Assembly (NCBI GenBank): GCA_964016885.1
Contig: OZ024755.1
Location: 19,468,001-19,532,000 of the forward strand
From: Eledone cirrhosa
Lineage: Eukaryota
Direction: 5' to 3'
Length of the DNA: 64,000 bases
In this document: positions 1-13,058 of the stretch, piece after piece
How positions within the stretch are numbered: the first letter of the stretch is position 1
Layout of the letters: every line of letters starts with the position of its first letter
Notes under the pieces: generated by a model
Database searches by the model: none
What the model was told of the DNA's origin: nothing
What the model saw: only the letters and a program-made list of their open reading frames with translations
Position numbers and translations under genes: made by a program

Positions 1-1048
1 CTATATATGTGAGTATATAAAACTGTCTATATATGTATGGGTCTATAAAACTGTCTATAGATGTGTGGGTATATAAAACTGTCTATATAAGTGTGAGTGT
101 ATAGCTGTTCCTATATGTATGGGTGTATAAAACTTTCTATATATGTGTGTGGGTGAATAAAACAGTTTTATACACCCACACATAGGAACAGCTATACACA
201 CACGCTTATATAGGCTGTTTTATACACCCACACATATTGGAACAGCTATATACACACACATCTATAGACAGTTTTATATGCCCACACTTCTATAGCCAGT
301 TTTATACACCCACACACATACATATATAGACAGTTTTATACACCCACACAACTATAGACAGTTTTATACACCTACACACATACATATATAGACAGTTTTA
401 TACACCCACACATCTATATAGACAGTTTTATATGCCCACACTTCTATAGCCAGTTTTATACACCCACACACATACATATATAGACAGTTTTATACACCCA
501 CACATCTATAGACAGTTTTATACACCCACACACATACATATATAGACAGTTTTATACACACACGCTTATATAGGCTGTTTTATACACCCACACATATTGG
601 AACAGTTATATACACACACATCTATAGACAGTTTTATATGCCCACACTTCTATAGACAGTTTTATACACCCACACACATACATATATAGACAGTTTTATA
701 CACCCACACATCTATAGACAGTTTTATACACCCACACACATACATATATAGACAGTTTTATACACACACGCTTATATAGGCTGTTTTATACACCCACACA
801 TATTGGAACAGTTATATACACACACATCTATAGACAGTTTTATACGCCCACACACATACATATATAGACAGTTTTATACACCCACACATCTATAGACAAT
901 TTTATACACCCACACATATATAGACAGTTTTATACACCCACACATCTATAGACAATTTTATACACCCACACACATACATATATAGACAGTTTTATACACC
1001 CACACATCTATATATATATAGACAGTTTTATATACCCTCACAGCTATA
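1..1048. repeat. Degenerate ~27-33 bp minisatellite (TAGACAGTTTTATACACCCACAC core); orientation flips near 160
   Basis: TATAAAACTGTCTATA units at 1-160, reverse-complement TATAGACAGTTTTATA units from ~165 on. Confidence 0.9.
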
Positions 1049-1087
1049 GACAGGATTCAGTAGATTAGATCAGTGTGTTGTACTCAC

Positions 1088-1160
1088 TGCCAACATCTGA
1101 CACCATCTCGGTTGGCAGAAATTAGCTGAGCTTTGTTTACATTATGGCTGGGGGTTAAGT
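1088..1160 (-). CDS. Candidate isolated 73-nt exon (DLTPSHNVNKAQLISANRDGVRCW), product unknown
   Basis: Acceptor gttgctttctcAG, donor GTGAGT, one open frame; no homology recognised. Confidence 0.25.
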
Positions 1161-1292
1161 CTGAGAAAGCAACAGGATATATGCTAATTGAGTTTACAGT
1201 TTAACAAAAGATCTCTCCAGCTATTAATTCCGATCAACAAATCATTAACGACTATACTGTAGTATCACACTTATTACTAGTGTACACATTCA

Positions 1293-1498
<206 letters not shown>

Positions 1499-1500
1499 GT

Positions 1501-1836
1501 GAAGGCATATGGCTTAGTGGTTAGAGCATTGGCCTTGCAATCGAAAGGTTGTGAGTTCAATTCTCAGACTGGGTGATGTGTTGTGTCCTTGAGCAAGACA
1601 CTTTATTTCACATTGCTCCAGTTTACTCAGCTGTAGAAACGAGATGATAGGGACTGGGGTCCCTATCATTCCACTGTAAAGTGGTCGTGGAGGTGGCATG
1701 GCAAAAAAGCACCCAGCACTCACTGTAAATAAGGTTGGTGTTAGGAAGGGCATCCAGCTGTAGAAATCAAGCCAGAATCAATTCCCGTCCCACCCTTGCA
1801 AGCAGGGAAAAGCGGACGTAAAATGATGATGATGAT
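1501..1836 (+). mobile_element. SINE family A (tRNA-like head, RTE-derived 3' tail)
   Basis: A-box TGGCTTAGTGG, B-box GAGTTCAATTC, CCTTGAGCAAGACACTT body, tail matching LINE 3' end at 21340-21460, (GAT)n end. Confidence 0.9.
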
Positions 1837-1893
1837 ATATATATATACATATACATATATGCTGTTAGTGAGCTTATACTATAAAGTCTACGC

Positions 1894-2038
1894 TAAGGTA
1901 TGTCAATATCTTAACACCAAATATTATATTTTAAGTGATGAAAGCACACTAAAATAAGTGTCCTTGAAATACGTACAATAAAATAAATATTGCATTATAA
2001 AGATATTTTCCATTTATTAATATTGTTTATATATATAT
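1894..2038 (+). mobile_element. Degenerate hammerhead-bearing pseudo-LTR-like fragment, same family as 61323-61712
   Basis: GTGATGAAAGCACACT...AGTGTCCTTGAAATACGTACAATAAAA aligns with 61600-61660; core mutated; ends in (TA)n. Confidence 0.65.
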
Positions 2039-2212
2039 GGATTGACAACAGTAAGTCAGATTTGTAGTTTGTTATGAAACTTTATTGCATATTAAAACTA
2101 TTTCGATATTGATCAGCTCGGGTTTGATCAAGCGATTGGATCCTGATTCTTAATCGAAACCGCTTCAGATATGCGAGTTTACATGAGTGGTCCCATCCAG
2201 CAACACACACAC

Positions 2213-2259
<47 letters not shown>

Positions 2260-3051
2260 AGGATTTAACTAGATTTAAACTAGTAAAACCATTATTCAGC
2301 AGAGTACAAGATAATTAGGATAGAGTGTTAACATAGTAGCAAGTCAGGGCCCTATGGCTGAGCTCTGGCATTTGCTGTTGAAAGGGTCAAAGCTCAGCCT
2401 TTGGGCTCTGACTCTATATATAACAGAGTGCTGTAGTTTGCTTGAAGCATTGTTGAATAGGAAATACAAATTTAAATAAGTTTGAATATTTGAAAGCCCT
2501 ACCTTGGCACTTTTAATCTTGTACACATTGTAGGGCTTCCAAATATTTAAACTTATTTAAATTTGTATATATATATATCATTGTCATCATTCTATTTTAA
2601 TATTATTTTCTCCAAACTCTGATCACAACTCTCTAAATTCTATTTTTTAATACCATTCTCCCCAAACTATGACCATAACTCTCTCCAATATTATTTTTCC
2701 AGTTTTCCAAATTTCTTTCTATAGTTCAACTAGTTTTTCCAGACAGTAGACCTATTTTCATCTTTTATGAGTTTTGGCACAATTTTACATTTAATATCCT
2801 TTCTGGACAGAAAACAAAAGTTGTTTCATTTATTTATTGATTTACATTTTTTAAAGTACGATGTCATATATCTGATTGGTTTTATTTTATCATAAAATGT
2901 ATTTTGCATCATAGGTAATAGAAAATAATTTCTATAACAATACATTGAGATGTTAGACAGAAGTGTAACTAGCACAAATGGCAAACAGTGAAATTGTACC
3001 TGGCCCAAACATCTGACTATACATGAAGTATTTGCAAAAGTGTTAGTCTAT

Positions 3052-3316
3052 TTAACCCTTTAGCATTCACATTACTCTATATTTACTATTGTATTTTCAC
3101 ATTTAACCTGGATGTATCCGACCAGAATTCTCTCACCTCTTTCTGTTCAAACTGGCCATAACCAGCTGTTCATACTTATGTTAAGATATTGTTCTCAAAA
3201 TAAATAATATCAAAATCTCATAGATTCGATTTTATGTGAAATAATTATATGAAGTAAAGCATTTACCATGAAAATATAATAGGAAATATAGAGTAATGTA
3301 AATGCTAAAGGGTTAA
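3052..3316. mobile_element. piggyBac-like MITE
   Basis: TTAA at both ends; ~40-bp inverted repeats starting CCCTTTAGCATT. Confidence 0.8.
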
Positions 3317-4694
3317 TCCTGTTAAATAACTTGAGAAATTGATTCTTAATTTCTGGAAATTTTCTTCCCCGTTTTGAGAAACATGAAGTGCTGCCAGGTT
3401 TTCTGCTTTCCTTTTACAATCTAAAATCGAAATTTCAATTAAGAATTTTATCCAGCCAAAACATTCAGAAAAACATATAGGACACCGTGTTTCAAGGTCG
3501 AGTGGTCAGTGACTAAACTGCTCCCCCACTAAGTCCTAGACTGATTAGGTCAGATTTCTGCCTGATACTGGTATCAAGTAACCCAGTACAACCTGATTCA
3601 TGGCAGAGTGGTCAACTTCACTGTTAAAAGGGTCGATGAACTTTTCAGAGTCAACGGCCATCCAGCCCCAACTATGAGTTAAATAGCCTCACCAACCAGC
3701 AACTGGTCAAGTGTGGTTAGTACAGCTACACCCCCAAAGATACAACCAAAACCAAGCAGAAAGCAGTGAGGAGCTCCTTTCAACAGGAGTGAGAAGGCCC
3801 TGGATTGGATTGGCTTGGAAGACCTCTGACATGACCAAAACCAAATAAAATGTGGTGGAAGTCAACCAGGGTGGGATTCCTTCAACAAGAGCGAGAAGGC
3901 TCTGGATTAGATAAGAAGATACCCTCATTTTGAAAAAATACAGTCATGCAAGGGTTGACATTATAGTTACAACTACACTATTGGATGTCTCAGTCAATAT
4001 GCCAGTTAGAATATATTATGTTACTTGCATGACTGTTGGGAATTTAATAAACCCCTTCCTGCTTCCCATACGTGTGTGACAGAAGGGACCTTTTGCAGTA
4101 CTTTGATTATAGATTTCCTTGATTAGAGATAATGTGGGTGGGGTTAAATAACAACTGTATTGCAATGACTAAGGTTTCAGATTGCTAAACAATGATCAAC
4201 CCACACAATAGTAATTAGTTATTTAGCCCTAGGTTTGTCCTGATCCTACAGATATATGATCAAAGATATTCAAACTATAAATATCTTTCCTGCTTTTCTA
4301 AATCCAAATATATATTGTCCAGTGTGGTACATTTTAAAGATTTGAGGTTAGATTTGGCTGCTTTTGTTAGCTTGTCAAGCAACTGTATAGAGGTTCCCTC
4401 ATTGGTTTATTGAGTACTGGCAGAATCTAGGGTAAAAAGGGAGAGTGAGGAAGAAGAAGTAAGTGAGATTAAAAGGAAGTGAGAGAGTTTGAGAGAGAGA
4501 GGAAGTGAAAGAGTTTGAGAGAGTGAAAGAGATTGAGAGGGAGTGAGGAGTGAGAGAGATTAAGAGGGAGTGAGAGGGTTTGAGAGGGTTTGGGGAGTGA
4601 GAGAGATTGAGAGGGAGTGATAAATAGTAGTCCCCAAATGTTAACTTGATTTTCCCTTGTCAATACTACTTTGACCTTAACTAAGATAAAAGGA

Positions 4695-4872
4695 CACATA
4701 CATGCATACATACACACACACACATATATATGTATACACACACACACACACATATATACATATATATACATACATACATGCATACATACACACACACACA
4801 CACACACATATATATGCATACATACACACACACACACACACACATATATATGTATATACATATATATACATA
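4695..4872. repeat. Compound (CA)n/(TA)n microsatellite
   Basis: Direct inspection. Confidence 0.95.
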
Positions 4873-7110
4873 CCATTGGCAGGAGGAGAGTAACTTGGTG
4901 GTAGAACAGTAAGGTGGAAGAGAGAATCAAGGCCAAAAAGCAGGCTTGGAAAGTATGGCAGGATGGGGGAAGTAGAGAGTACTATCAAGTGGCCAGGAGA
5001 GTAGCTAGGAGACAAGTGTACCTTGCAAAAGAGAAGCAGAGGATAGAAAGTTCAAGCATGTTCTACAACGTGAGGACCAAAAACGTGAAGTGTTTAGGAT
5101 TGCTAGACAATGTGTCAAGGAAAACCGTGCTATTGTCGGGGAGAAGTGTGTCCATAATGATAACGGTGTACTTGCCCTCACTGATACTGATAAGAAGATG
5201 GCCTGGAAGTGTCACTACAAGAGACTATTAAATGAAGAGAATAAATGGGAAAAAGATAGTCTGTCCCAAATCGATCCAATAGAAGGACCAGCGGTGCAAG
5301 TTAAAGGTAGTATAATAAGTAAGGCAATCAAAGATATGAAGACAGGCAAGGCAGCTGGGCCTTCGGAGATAGTTGCTGAGATGTTGAAGGCATCTGGTAT
5401 GGTGGGACACACTATGGTCACCCGTATAGTTAACCAAGTAATACAGAATGGGGTCAGACCAAAAGACTGGTGTAGCAGCATCATCATTAACTGCTACAAG
5501 GGTAAAGGAGATGCTCTAGATAGGGGAAACTATAGAGGCATTAAGTTAGTTGACCAGGTCATGAAGGTCACAGAAAGAGTTATAGTGCAACTAATCAGAG
5601 AGCGAATTGATCTAGATGAAATGCAGTTTGGGTTTGTGTCAGGTAAAAGTACCACATACGCACTTTACCTTGTACGACAACTACAAGAGAAGTACCTAGC
5701 TAAAAGTAAATGCCTCTACTAAGCTTTTGTAGACCTGGAGAAAGCCTTTGACAGAGTCCCCTGCTCCATTATCTGGTGGGCCCTTAGAAAACTAGGTGTA
5801 GATGAATGGCTTGTGAGAGCTATACAAGCTATGTATAATGAAACAGTCAGTAAAGTTAGAATTAACAATGAATATTATGAAGAATTTAGTGTAAAAGTTG
5901 GCGTTCATCAAGGCTCTGTCCTCAGCCCCCTCCTATTTATTATTGCCCTTCAGGCTATAACAGAGGAGTTCAAGACCGGCTGCCCATGGGAACGCCTATA
6001 CACAGATGTAGTGGGATCACAGGTAAACTATCTAAGAACGTAGACTTTATATGTGGCCAATGCTCAGGTGCAATAAGTAGCAAGTGTCCACAGGATACTA
6101 GCTCCTTCTATTGCCCAGATGGTTCTATAGAAATAGTAGACACTTTCCGTTACCTGGGTGACAAAATCAGCAGTGGTGGAGGGTGTTCTGAAGGTTCAGT
6201 AGCCAGAGTCAGAACGGGATGGAAAATGTTCAGAGAGCTTATACCGTTGTTGGCCACAAAAGGTTTCTCTCTAAAAAGGAAAGGCAGATTGTATGATGCC
6301 TGTATACGAACAGCAATGTTACATGGCAGTGAGACTTGGGCATTGTGTGCAGAGGATCTACACAGACTGGAGAGGAACGAAGCTTGCATGCTCCGTTGGA
6401 TGTGTAATAGTAATATACGTGAATGGCAAAGCATAAATGAACTAAGTGAGAAATTAGGAATAAGAGGGATCAGATGTTGTTTACTTGAGAGAAGACTATG
6501 TTGGTATGGTCATGTGATGTGCATGAAAGACGACAGCTGCATAAAAAAGTGCAGGGCGATCAAAATTGATGGTAGTTACAGAGTAGGTAGACCCAGAAAA
6601 ACCTGGGATGATCTGATAAATTCTGACCTTACACACTTGCACCTCTCTAAGACAATGTCACTGGACCGAGATCTTTGGTGCTACGCAGTAATACAGAAGA
6701 CCCGCCTTGCCTATGTACAAAGCGAAACCTACAGTCAGTAGGCACCTCTTAACCAAATATACACCCCAATCCACTATCCCTACCTTATCCTCCCACTCCC
6801 ACCAACACCACCCTCTCTCTGTAAAGTTGGTACCACAACATCCACTCCAAATAAATGAGATAAATAAGATTGAGATCGTGTAGGTGTCACGACAAAAAAA
6901 CACAGTCCATACTGTAATGTGGCCGTGTAGGTAACACGGTAAAACGTTCCCAGTTCCACACTGTAAATGTGGTTGGTGTTAGGAAGGGCATTCAGCCGTA
7001 GAAAACCTGCCAGATAGTCTTATATGAGCGAGACAACCTTGCCTCAAGTGGGACAACTCCCGTCTAACCCATGCTAGTGTGGAAGATGGATGTTAAACGA
7101 TGATGATGAT
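4873..7110 (+). mobile_element. 5'-truncated, decayed RTE-type LINE
   Basis: Broken frames with [45 protein letters not shown]; stop at 5720-5722; YADD deleted; (GAT)n tail. Confidence 0.95.
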
Positions 7111-7618
7111 ACATATATAATCTGTTTCCAATAGAAACAACAACAACAAAAAACCTTTAGTCTTTTCCTGTTCCCAGAGGAATAAATAACATTTGGCAGT
7201 TTATTGTTAGAACTAAGGAAGTATTTCAATTGTTTTTGTTACTTTTTTGAAGTTCTTGTACCAATATGTTAACCTAGAAAAGGGAGAATCCATCTAATTT
7301 GAGTTTCTGATAATTACAAGAATTAGTTGTTTTTGCACTCTAGGTTAGTTCAGCGGCCCATCTTTGGAAGGAGCTCTGCAAGGTTGGTTGACTGTTGCAG
7401 CAGGTGTCAGTGGCCATTGTCTGCATGGTGCAGCTCCTCTACTACGCCCCCTAGGCCCAGACTCCAATCATCCACCCCCTCCTCATTCTTCTGTGACACT
7501 AGATTTCTTGCAATTTACCTCCCCTTCACATTTTTTCTTTCTTTTTCTCTTTTCTCTTTATATTCTTATTTTACATTCCATTCTTCTCAATCTAAATTTT
7601 CTATTTTTTCTATTTCTA

Positions 7619-7844
7619 TTAACCCTTTAATATTCAAACCAGCCAAAACCGGCCAGAATTCTCTACCTTTTTCTGTTGAAACTGGCTGTAACTGGTCACT
7701 CAAACTGATGTTAAGGTATTGTTCTCAAAATAAATACTTTCAAAATCTCAGATTCGATATTATACGAGACAATTATGCGAGATAAAGACTTTACCATGAA
7801 AATATAATAGTAAATATAGAGTAATGTGAATGCTAAAGGGTTAA
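7619..7844. mobile_element. piggyBac-like MITE (family of 3052-3316)
   Basis: TTAACCCTTT...AAAGGGTTAA ends; shared interior. Confidence 0.8.
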
Positions 7845-7937
7845 CTCTATTTACTTGATATATTCCATAAATAAAATATCTGTTGTTGTTTTGTTTTAGG
7901 TTAGTTCTCTAAGAATTAGTTGTTAGGGTAGTTCTGA

Positions 7938-8352
7938 ACATAATGTAAAACGTGTATAAAGTTATGTATATGATATATAATGTGTATGTATACACTGTAT
8001 ACAATGTACAAAGATAATGTATAAATTGTTTGTATATAAAGTATAAATTGTATATAATGTATAAAGTGTATGTATATGATATATAATGTGTATGTATACA
8101 CTGTATACAATGTACAAACATAATGTATAAATTGTTTGTATATAAAGTATAAATTGTATATAATGTATAAAGTGTATGTATATTATGTATAAAGTGTATT
8201 TATAAAGCATATAAAATGTATGTATAAAATGTATGAACATAATGTATAAAGTGTATGTATATAATGTATAAAATGTATATGTATGTGTACATATAAAATA
8301 TATGAAAATGTAAAAATTGTATGTATATAATGTATAAAATGTATGTATAAAT
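7938..8352. repeat. AT-rich degenerate tandem repeat (TGTATAAA-based)
   Basis: ~108-bp near-duplication plus degenerate subunits. Confidence 0.8.
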
Positions 8353-8493
8353 ATTTTTTAATCTATCAATAGCGGTGCCCCAGCATGGCCTCAGCCTATC
8401 GGCTGGAACACATGATAGAACAATAGAATAATAATGTACTGAACGCTCTCTTTTCAAAAATATAAACAGGATATGTCAAAATATATAAGAATG

Positions 8494-8770
8494 TACCATA
8501 TTTCCCCGGTGCCGAAGACGCTTCCTCCTTTGAGGGCGCACCCTAATTTTGACAACCAAAAATTTGAAGAAAAAAATAATTGTTTCTACTTTAGGCACAA
8601 GGCCAGCAATTACCCAGTGCATTACTGGTACTTTATTTTATCGACCCCGTAAGGATGAAAGGCAAAGTCAACCTCGGCTGGAAAAATGATAAACAACCTT
8701 TGGCCTCCATGGTAGATTTTTGAGACATATTTTAGGAAAAAGTAGCATCTTCGACGCTGGAAATATTGTA
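8494..8770. mobile_element. Tc1/mariner-superfamily (pogo/Tc2-like) MITE interrupted by a SINE-B fragment (8577-8679)
   Basis: TA-CCATATTTCCCCGGTGCCGAAGACGC versus GCATCTTCGACGCTGGAAATATTG-TA imperfect TIRs. Confidence 0.55.
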
Positions 8771-9189
8771 TATATTTTGTTAGATTATCATTGATATTCA
8801 TATAAACACATGCACACATGTGTCTATATAAATATCAAATGAACCTACTGGGTCAGTGAGTCTTCACCAACGAGTATGTACTGAGTATAGAAAGAGCCAT
8901 TCAAATTAAATCTTAATGTCCTGTACCACATGAAACCACAATAGAAAGACATTCTTGAAAAATACTAAACAGTATTATGACTGCATCGCATTGAATATTA
9001 AAGTATTTACTTTAGTTTACTGCAAATTTTCACAACAATCTGTCTATCTGAATTAACAAACCCATCTTTGTTTTGTCTATTCTTGAACTATATATAAGTA
9101 CCGTGACAAGTGGAGAGATGCTGTGTTGAATAGGACCCGTCCCACCCTTGCAAGCAGGGAAAAGCGGACGTAAAATGATGATGATGATA

Positions 9190-9376
9190 ATAATAATAAT
9201 TGTTTCTACTTTTGGCACAAGGCCAGCAATTACCCAGTGCATTACTGGTACTTTATTTTATCGACCCCGTAAGGATGAAAGGCAAAGTCAACCTCGGCGG
9301 GATTTGAACTCAGATCGTAAAGGGACGTAACTATGCTGGAAAGCATGGCATCCGACTCTCTACCGATACTGCCAAT
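9190..9376 (-). mobile_element. SINE family B (tRNA-like head, Meta-domain-like core)
   Basis: B-box GAGTTCAAATCCC, core GCCTTTCATCCTTACGGGGTCGATAAAATAAAGTACCAG, (ATT)n tail. Confidence 0.85.
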
Positions 9377-9840
9377 AGTAATAAACGAAAGATATACACT
9401 TTATATCATCTCTATTTATTTCATTATATATATTTCGAAGATGCAAAGTTTTATGTATAACATAGAGCAAAACATGTTCTCTTCAGACAAAATATATAGA
9501 AAATGTATAATTTTTTCCAGATATGCTGGTAGAGAAACGAACTGGACAGATCGATGGCCACCAGGCATATGATTAGAAAACCCTCAACACGCAAGGGGGT
9601 TACATGACTGGCAGGGAAAACATTACAGTTGGTTTAAACATTTCTGGAATTGTTGCCGGGCACACCTTTCGCCACTGTAAATAAAGTCCCCTCTCTCCTC
9701 AACATAGCCATCTTTGAATAGTTCCACAACTCTGCAATTTGAGGGAAGAGCAAGATTTAAACTATATGTTGAGTCAAAAACCACTGCATGATGAGACAGT
9801 CGCATGTACCTTTAACGTAGTTCTCAGGGAGATTCAGCAC

Positions 9841-10682
9841 GACACACATACATGTATAGTCATATATATACTCATACACACATACACACACACACAGTCA
9901 TATATATATCCTCATACGCACATATATATACACACAGAATCATATATATCCTCACACACACGCATACATACATGCTCACACACACACAACATTCCTGAGA
10001 TGAACTCAAGTGACTGAGCATTCCACAGACACGTTTACCTTTAACTTAGTTCTCAGGGAGATTCAGCATGACACACACATACACACAAAGTCATATATAT
10101 CCTCACATACATACATATATATATACACATACATACATGCTCACACACACATACACACACACACACACACACATAGACATATACACACACACACACATAC
10201 ACATATATACACACACATACATAGACATACACACACACATACATACATAGACATACACACACACAGACGCATACACACATACATAGTCACACATACATAC
10301 ACACACATACATACACACATATACACACACACATCATTTCTGCGATGACACATACATACATACATAGACATATACACACACACACATACATACATAGACA
10401 TACACACACACATACATACATAGACATACATACACACACACACACACACACATAGACATACACACACACATCATTTCTGAGATGAACTAAAGTGTTATCA
10501 TCACAAACCACTTTTAAGAGTAACATCTTTTATTAAGATTCTACCTGGAGCAGGTAAATCTATAGAAGTATAAATATCAAAGGAAAAAAGTATAAAGTAG
10601 ATTGTAGAGAAAATAAAATTTCCACACACATAGACACACACACACATACATACTCACACATACACACAGACATACACACACA
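9841..10682. repeat. CA/TA-rich low-complexity tract with local duplications
   Basis: TTCTCAGGGAGATTCAGCA and CATTTCTGAGATGAACT blocks repeated between CA runs. Confidence 0.85.
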
Positions 10683-10744
10683 CATCATTTCTGAGATGAA
10701 CTAAAGTGTTATCATCACAAACCACTTTTAAGAGTAACATCTCA

Positions 10745-11090
10745 AGAGGCACATGGCTTAGTAGAGCATTGGCCTTGCAATCGAAAGGTTGTGAGTTCAA
10801 TTCTCAGACGGGGTGATGTGTTGTTTCCTTGAGCAAGACACTTTATTTCACATTGCTCCAGTTTACTCAGCTGTAGAAATGAGATGATAGGGACTGGGGT
10901 CCCTATCATTCCACTGCAAAGTGGTCGTGGAGGTGCCACGGCAAAAAAGCACCCAGCACTCACTGTAAATGAGGTTGGTGTTAGGAAGGGCATCCAGCTG
11001 TAGAAATAAAGCCAGAATCAGTTCCCGTCCCACCCTTGCAAGCAGGGAAAAGTGGACGTAAATGATGATGATGATGATGATGATGATGAT
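10745..11090 (+). mobile_element. SINE family A
   Basis: Near-identical to 1501-1836; long (GAT)n tail. Confidence 0.9.
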
Positions 11091-11252
11091 CTCCTTTTAT
11101 TAAGATTCTACCTGGAGCAGGTAAATCTATAGAAGTATAAATATCAAATCAAAGGAAAGAAGTATAAAGTAGATTGTAGAGAAAATAGAATTTCCTCTCA
11201 AGGAATTCGTGCAGTTTAAAGATCTGCAAGCAACATAATTTAGAAATATATG

Positions 11253-11672
11253 AGTAGAGGAGAAGTAGAAGAGAAGAGGAAAGTAGAGGAGAAGTAGAAG
11301 AGAAGAGGAAAGTAGAGGAGAAGTAGAAGAGAAGAGGAAAGTAGAGGAGAAGTAGAAGAGAAGAGGAGAAGTAGAAGAGAAGAGTAGAAGAGAAGAGGAG
11401 AAGTAGAAGAGAAGAGTAGAAGAGAAGAGGAGAAGTAGAAGAGAAGAGTAGAAGAGAAGAGGAGAAGTAGAAGAGAAGAGGAAAGTAGAGGAGAAGTAGA
11501 AGTGAAGAGGAAAGTAGAGGAGAAGTAGAAGAGAAGAGGAGAAGTAGAAGAGAAGAGGAAAGTAGAGGAGAAGTAGAAGAGAAGAGGAGAAGTAGAAGAG
11601 AAGAGGAAAGTAGAGGAGAAGTAGAAGAGAAGAGGAGAAGTAGAAGAGAAGAGGAGAAGTAGAGGAGAGAAG
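11253..11672. repeat. Purine-rich minisatellite (GAGAAGTAGAAGAGAAGAG variants)
   Basis: Almost pure purine on + strand. Confidence 0.95.
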
Positions 11673-11700
11673 GAGTGAGGTATATATATATATATATATA

Positions 11701-11800
11701 TAGGGTGTCCCACAAAAATGTATACATGCTTCAATCGCATTCTAATAAATATTGCCTGTGCAGATAATCAAAGTGTGTATACATTTTTTGGGACACCCTG
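11701..11800. mobile_element. Tc1/mariner-type mini-MITE
   Basis: AGGGTGTCCCACAAAAATGTATACA / TGTATACATTTTTTGGGACACCCT TIRs next to (TA)n. Confidence 0.75.
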
Positions 11801-11802
11801 TC

Positions 11803-11867
11803 GATAGATAGAGAGATAGATAGAGAGATGGGTAGAGAGAGAAAGAGAGAGGAGAGTGATATGGTTA

Positions 11868-11898
<31 letters not shown>

Positions 11899-12255
11899 GG
11901 GAAATAGAGGGAGAGAGAGAGGAAATAGAGGGAGAGAGAGAGGAAATAGAGGGAGACAGAGAGAGGGGAAATAGAGAGAGATAGAGGGAAATAGAGGGAG
12001 AGAGGGAGAGGGGAAATAGAGTAAGAGAGAGAGAGGGGGACATAGAGTGAGAGAGAGAGAGAGAGAGAGAGAAGAGAGAGATATGGTTAGAGGGAGAGAG
12101 AGGGGAGGGAAGGAGAAAGGAGGAGAAAGAGGGAGATAAGTAATAAAGAAGGAGAGAAGGGGAGGGAGTGAGAGAGGAAGAGAGAGAAGGGAAGAATGGG
12201 GAGAAAGGGAGAGAGAGAGAGAAAGGGAGAGAGCGGAAACGGAAGAAGAGAGAGA
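11803..12255. repeat. (GA)-rich polypurine low-complexity tract
   Basis: Direct inspection. Confidence 0.9.
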
Positions 12256-12400
12256 TCTTTGACACAATAACACAGATTTGACTTCCTATGTAATGATCTT
12301 GTGTCTTGATTTTTCCTGGGGAAAATAGAAATAAATAAACAAGGAATAATTATGAAATAAAAAATCAATATGAAGGTTCTTCACTCATACATACATACAT

Positions 12401-12666
12401 GATGGCTGCCCCCTCGTTATCGAGTATGGCCATTGCACGATATACCATTATTATTAATTAATTCTATCGTGCAATGCCTGTGCATGAAGATATCTTTTAA
12501 AGGGAGGAAAGACTGTGCACTGAGCCAATCCCACTCTGAGCGACAGTAGCTATAACTCGAAAAGAAGAAAAGATCAACATCATCGATAACTACTGAGCCG
12601 CAGGTTTTATATCCGAGTTATCCCAGTTTCCTGAGTTGCCGCCTTCTAGACGAATGCCCTGACAAA
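12401..12666. mobile_element. Unclassified short insertion flanked by CATACATACATACAT direct repeats
   Basis: Same 15-mer at ~12386-12400 and ~12668-12682; GC/CpG-richer interior. Confidence 0.45.
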
Positions 12667-12731
12667 CATACATACATACATATAAATATACATATAAATA
12701 TACACATACATAAATTATTTTTATTTTTATA

Positions 12732-13058
12732 TGGAGACACATGGCTTAGTGGTTAGAGCATTGGCCTTGCAATCGAAAGGTTGTGAGTTCAATTCTCAGA
12801 CCGGGTGATATGTTGAAAAAAGCACCCAGCACACACTGTAAAGTGGACGTGTAGGCGCCACGGAAAAAAAAGCACCCAGCACTCACTGTAAATGAGGTTG
12901 GTGTTAGGAAGGGCATCCAGCTGTAGAAATCAAACCAGAATCAGTTCCCGTATGAGCAAGACAAGATCAGCTGACCGGACACTGCCCATAACATGACAAT
13001 CCATCTAACCCATGCTAGCGTGGAAGAACGGACGTAAAATCATGATGATGATGATGAT
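12732..13058 (+). mobile_element. SINE family A, internally deleted, with longer RTE tail
   Basis: tRNA-like head joined directly to AAAAGCACCCAG tail module; (GAT)n. Confidence 0.8.

Noticed and set aside
1501-1575. tRNA genes at SINE heads
   Set aside because: A/B boxes present but no proper acceptor stem or terminator; always fused to SINE bodies
1514-1753. Recurrent MPFLTPT... 79-aa ORFs
   Set aside because: Antisense reading of SINE family A
7327-7785. 152-aa ORF
   Set aside because: Runs through low-complexity T-rich sequence and a MITE; no coherent domain
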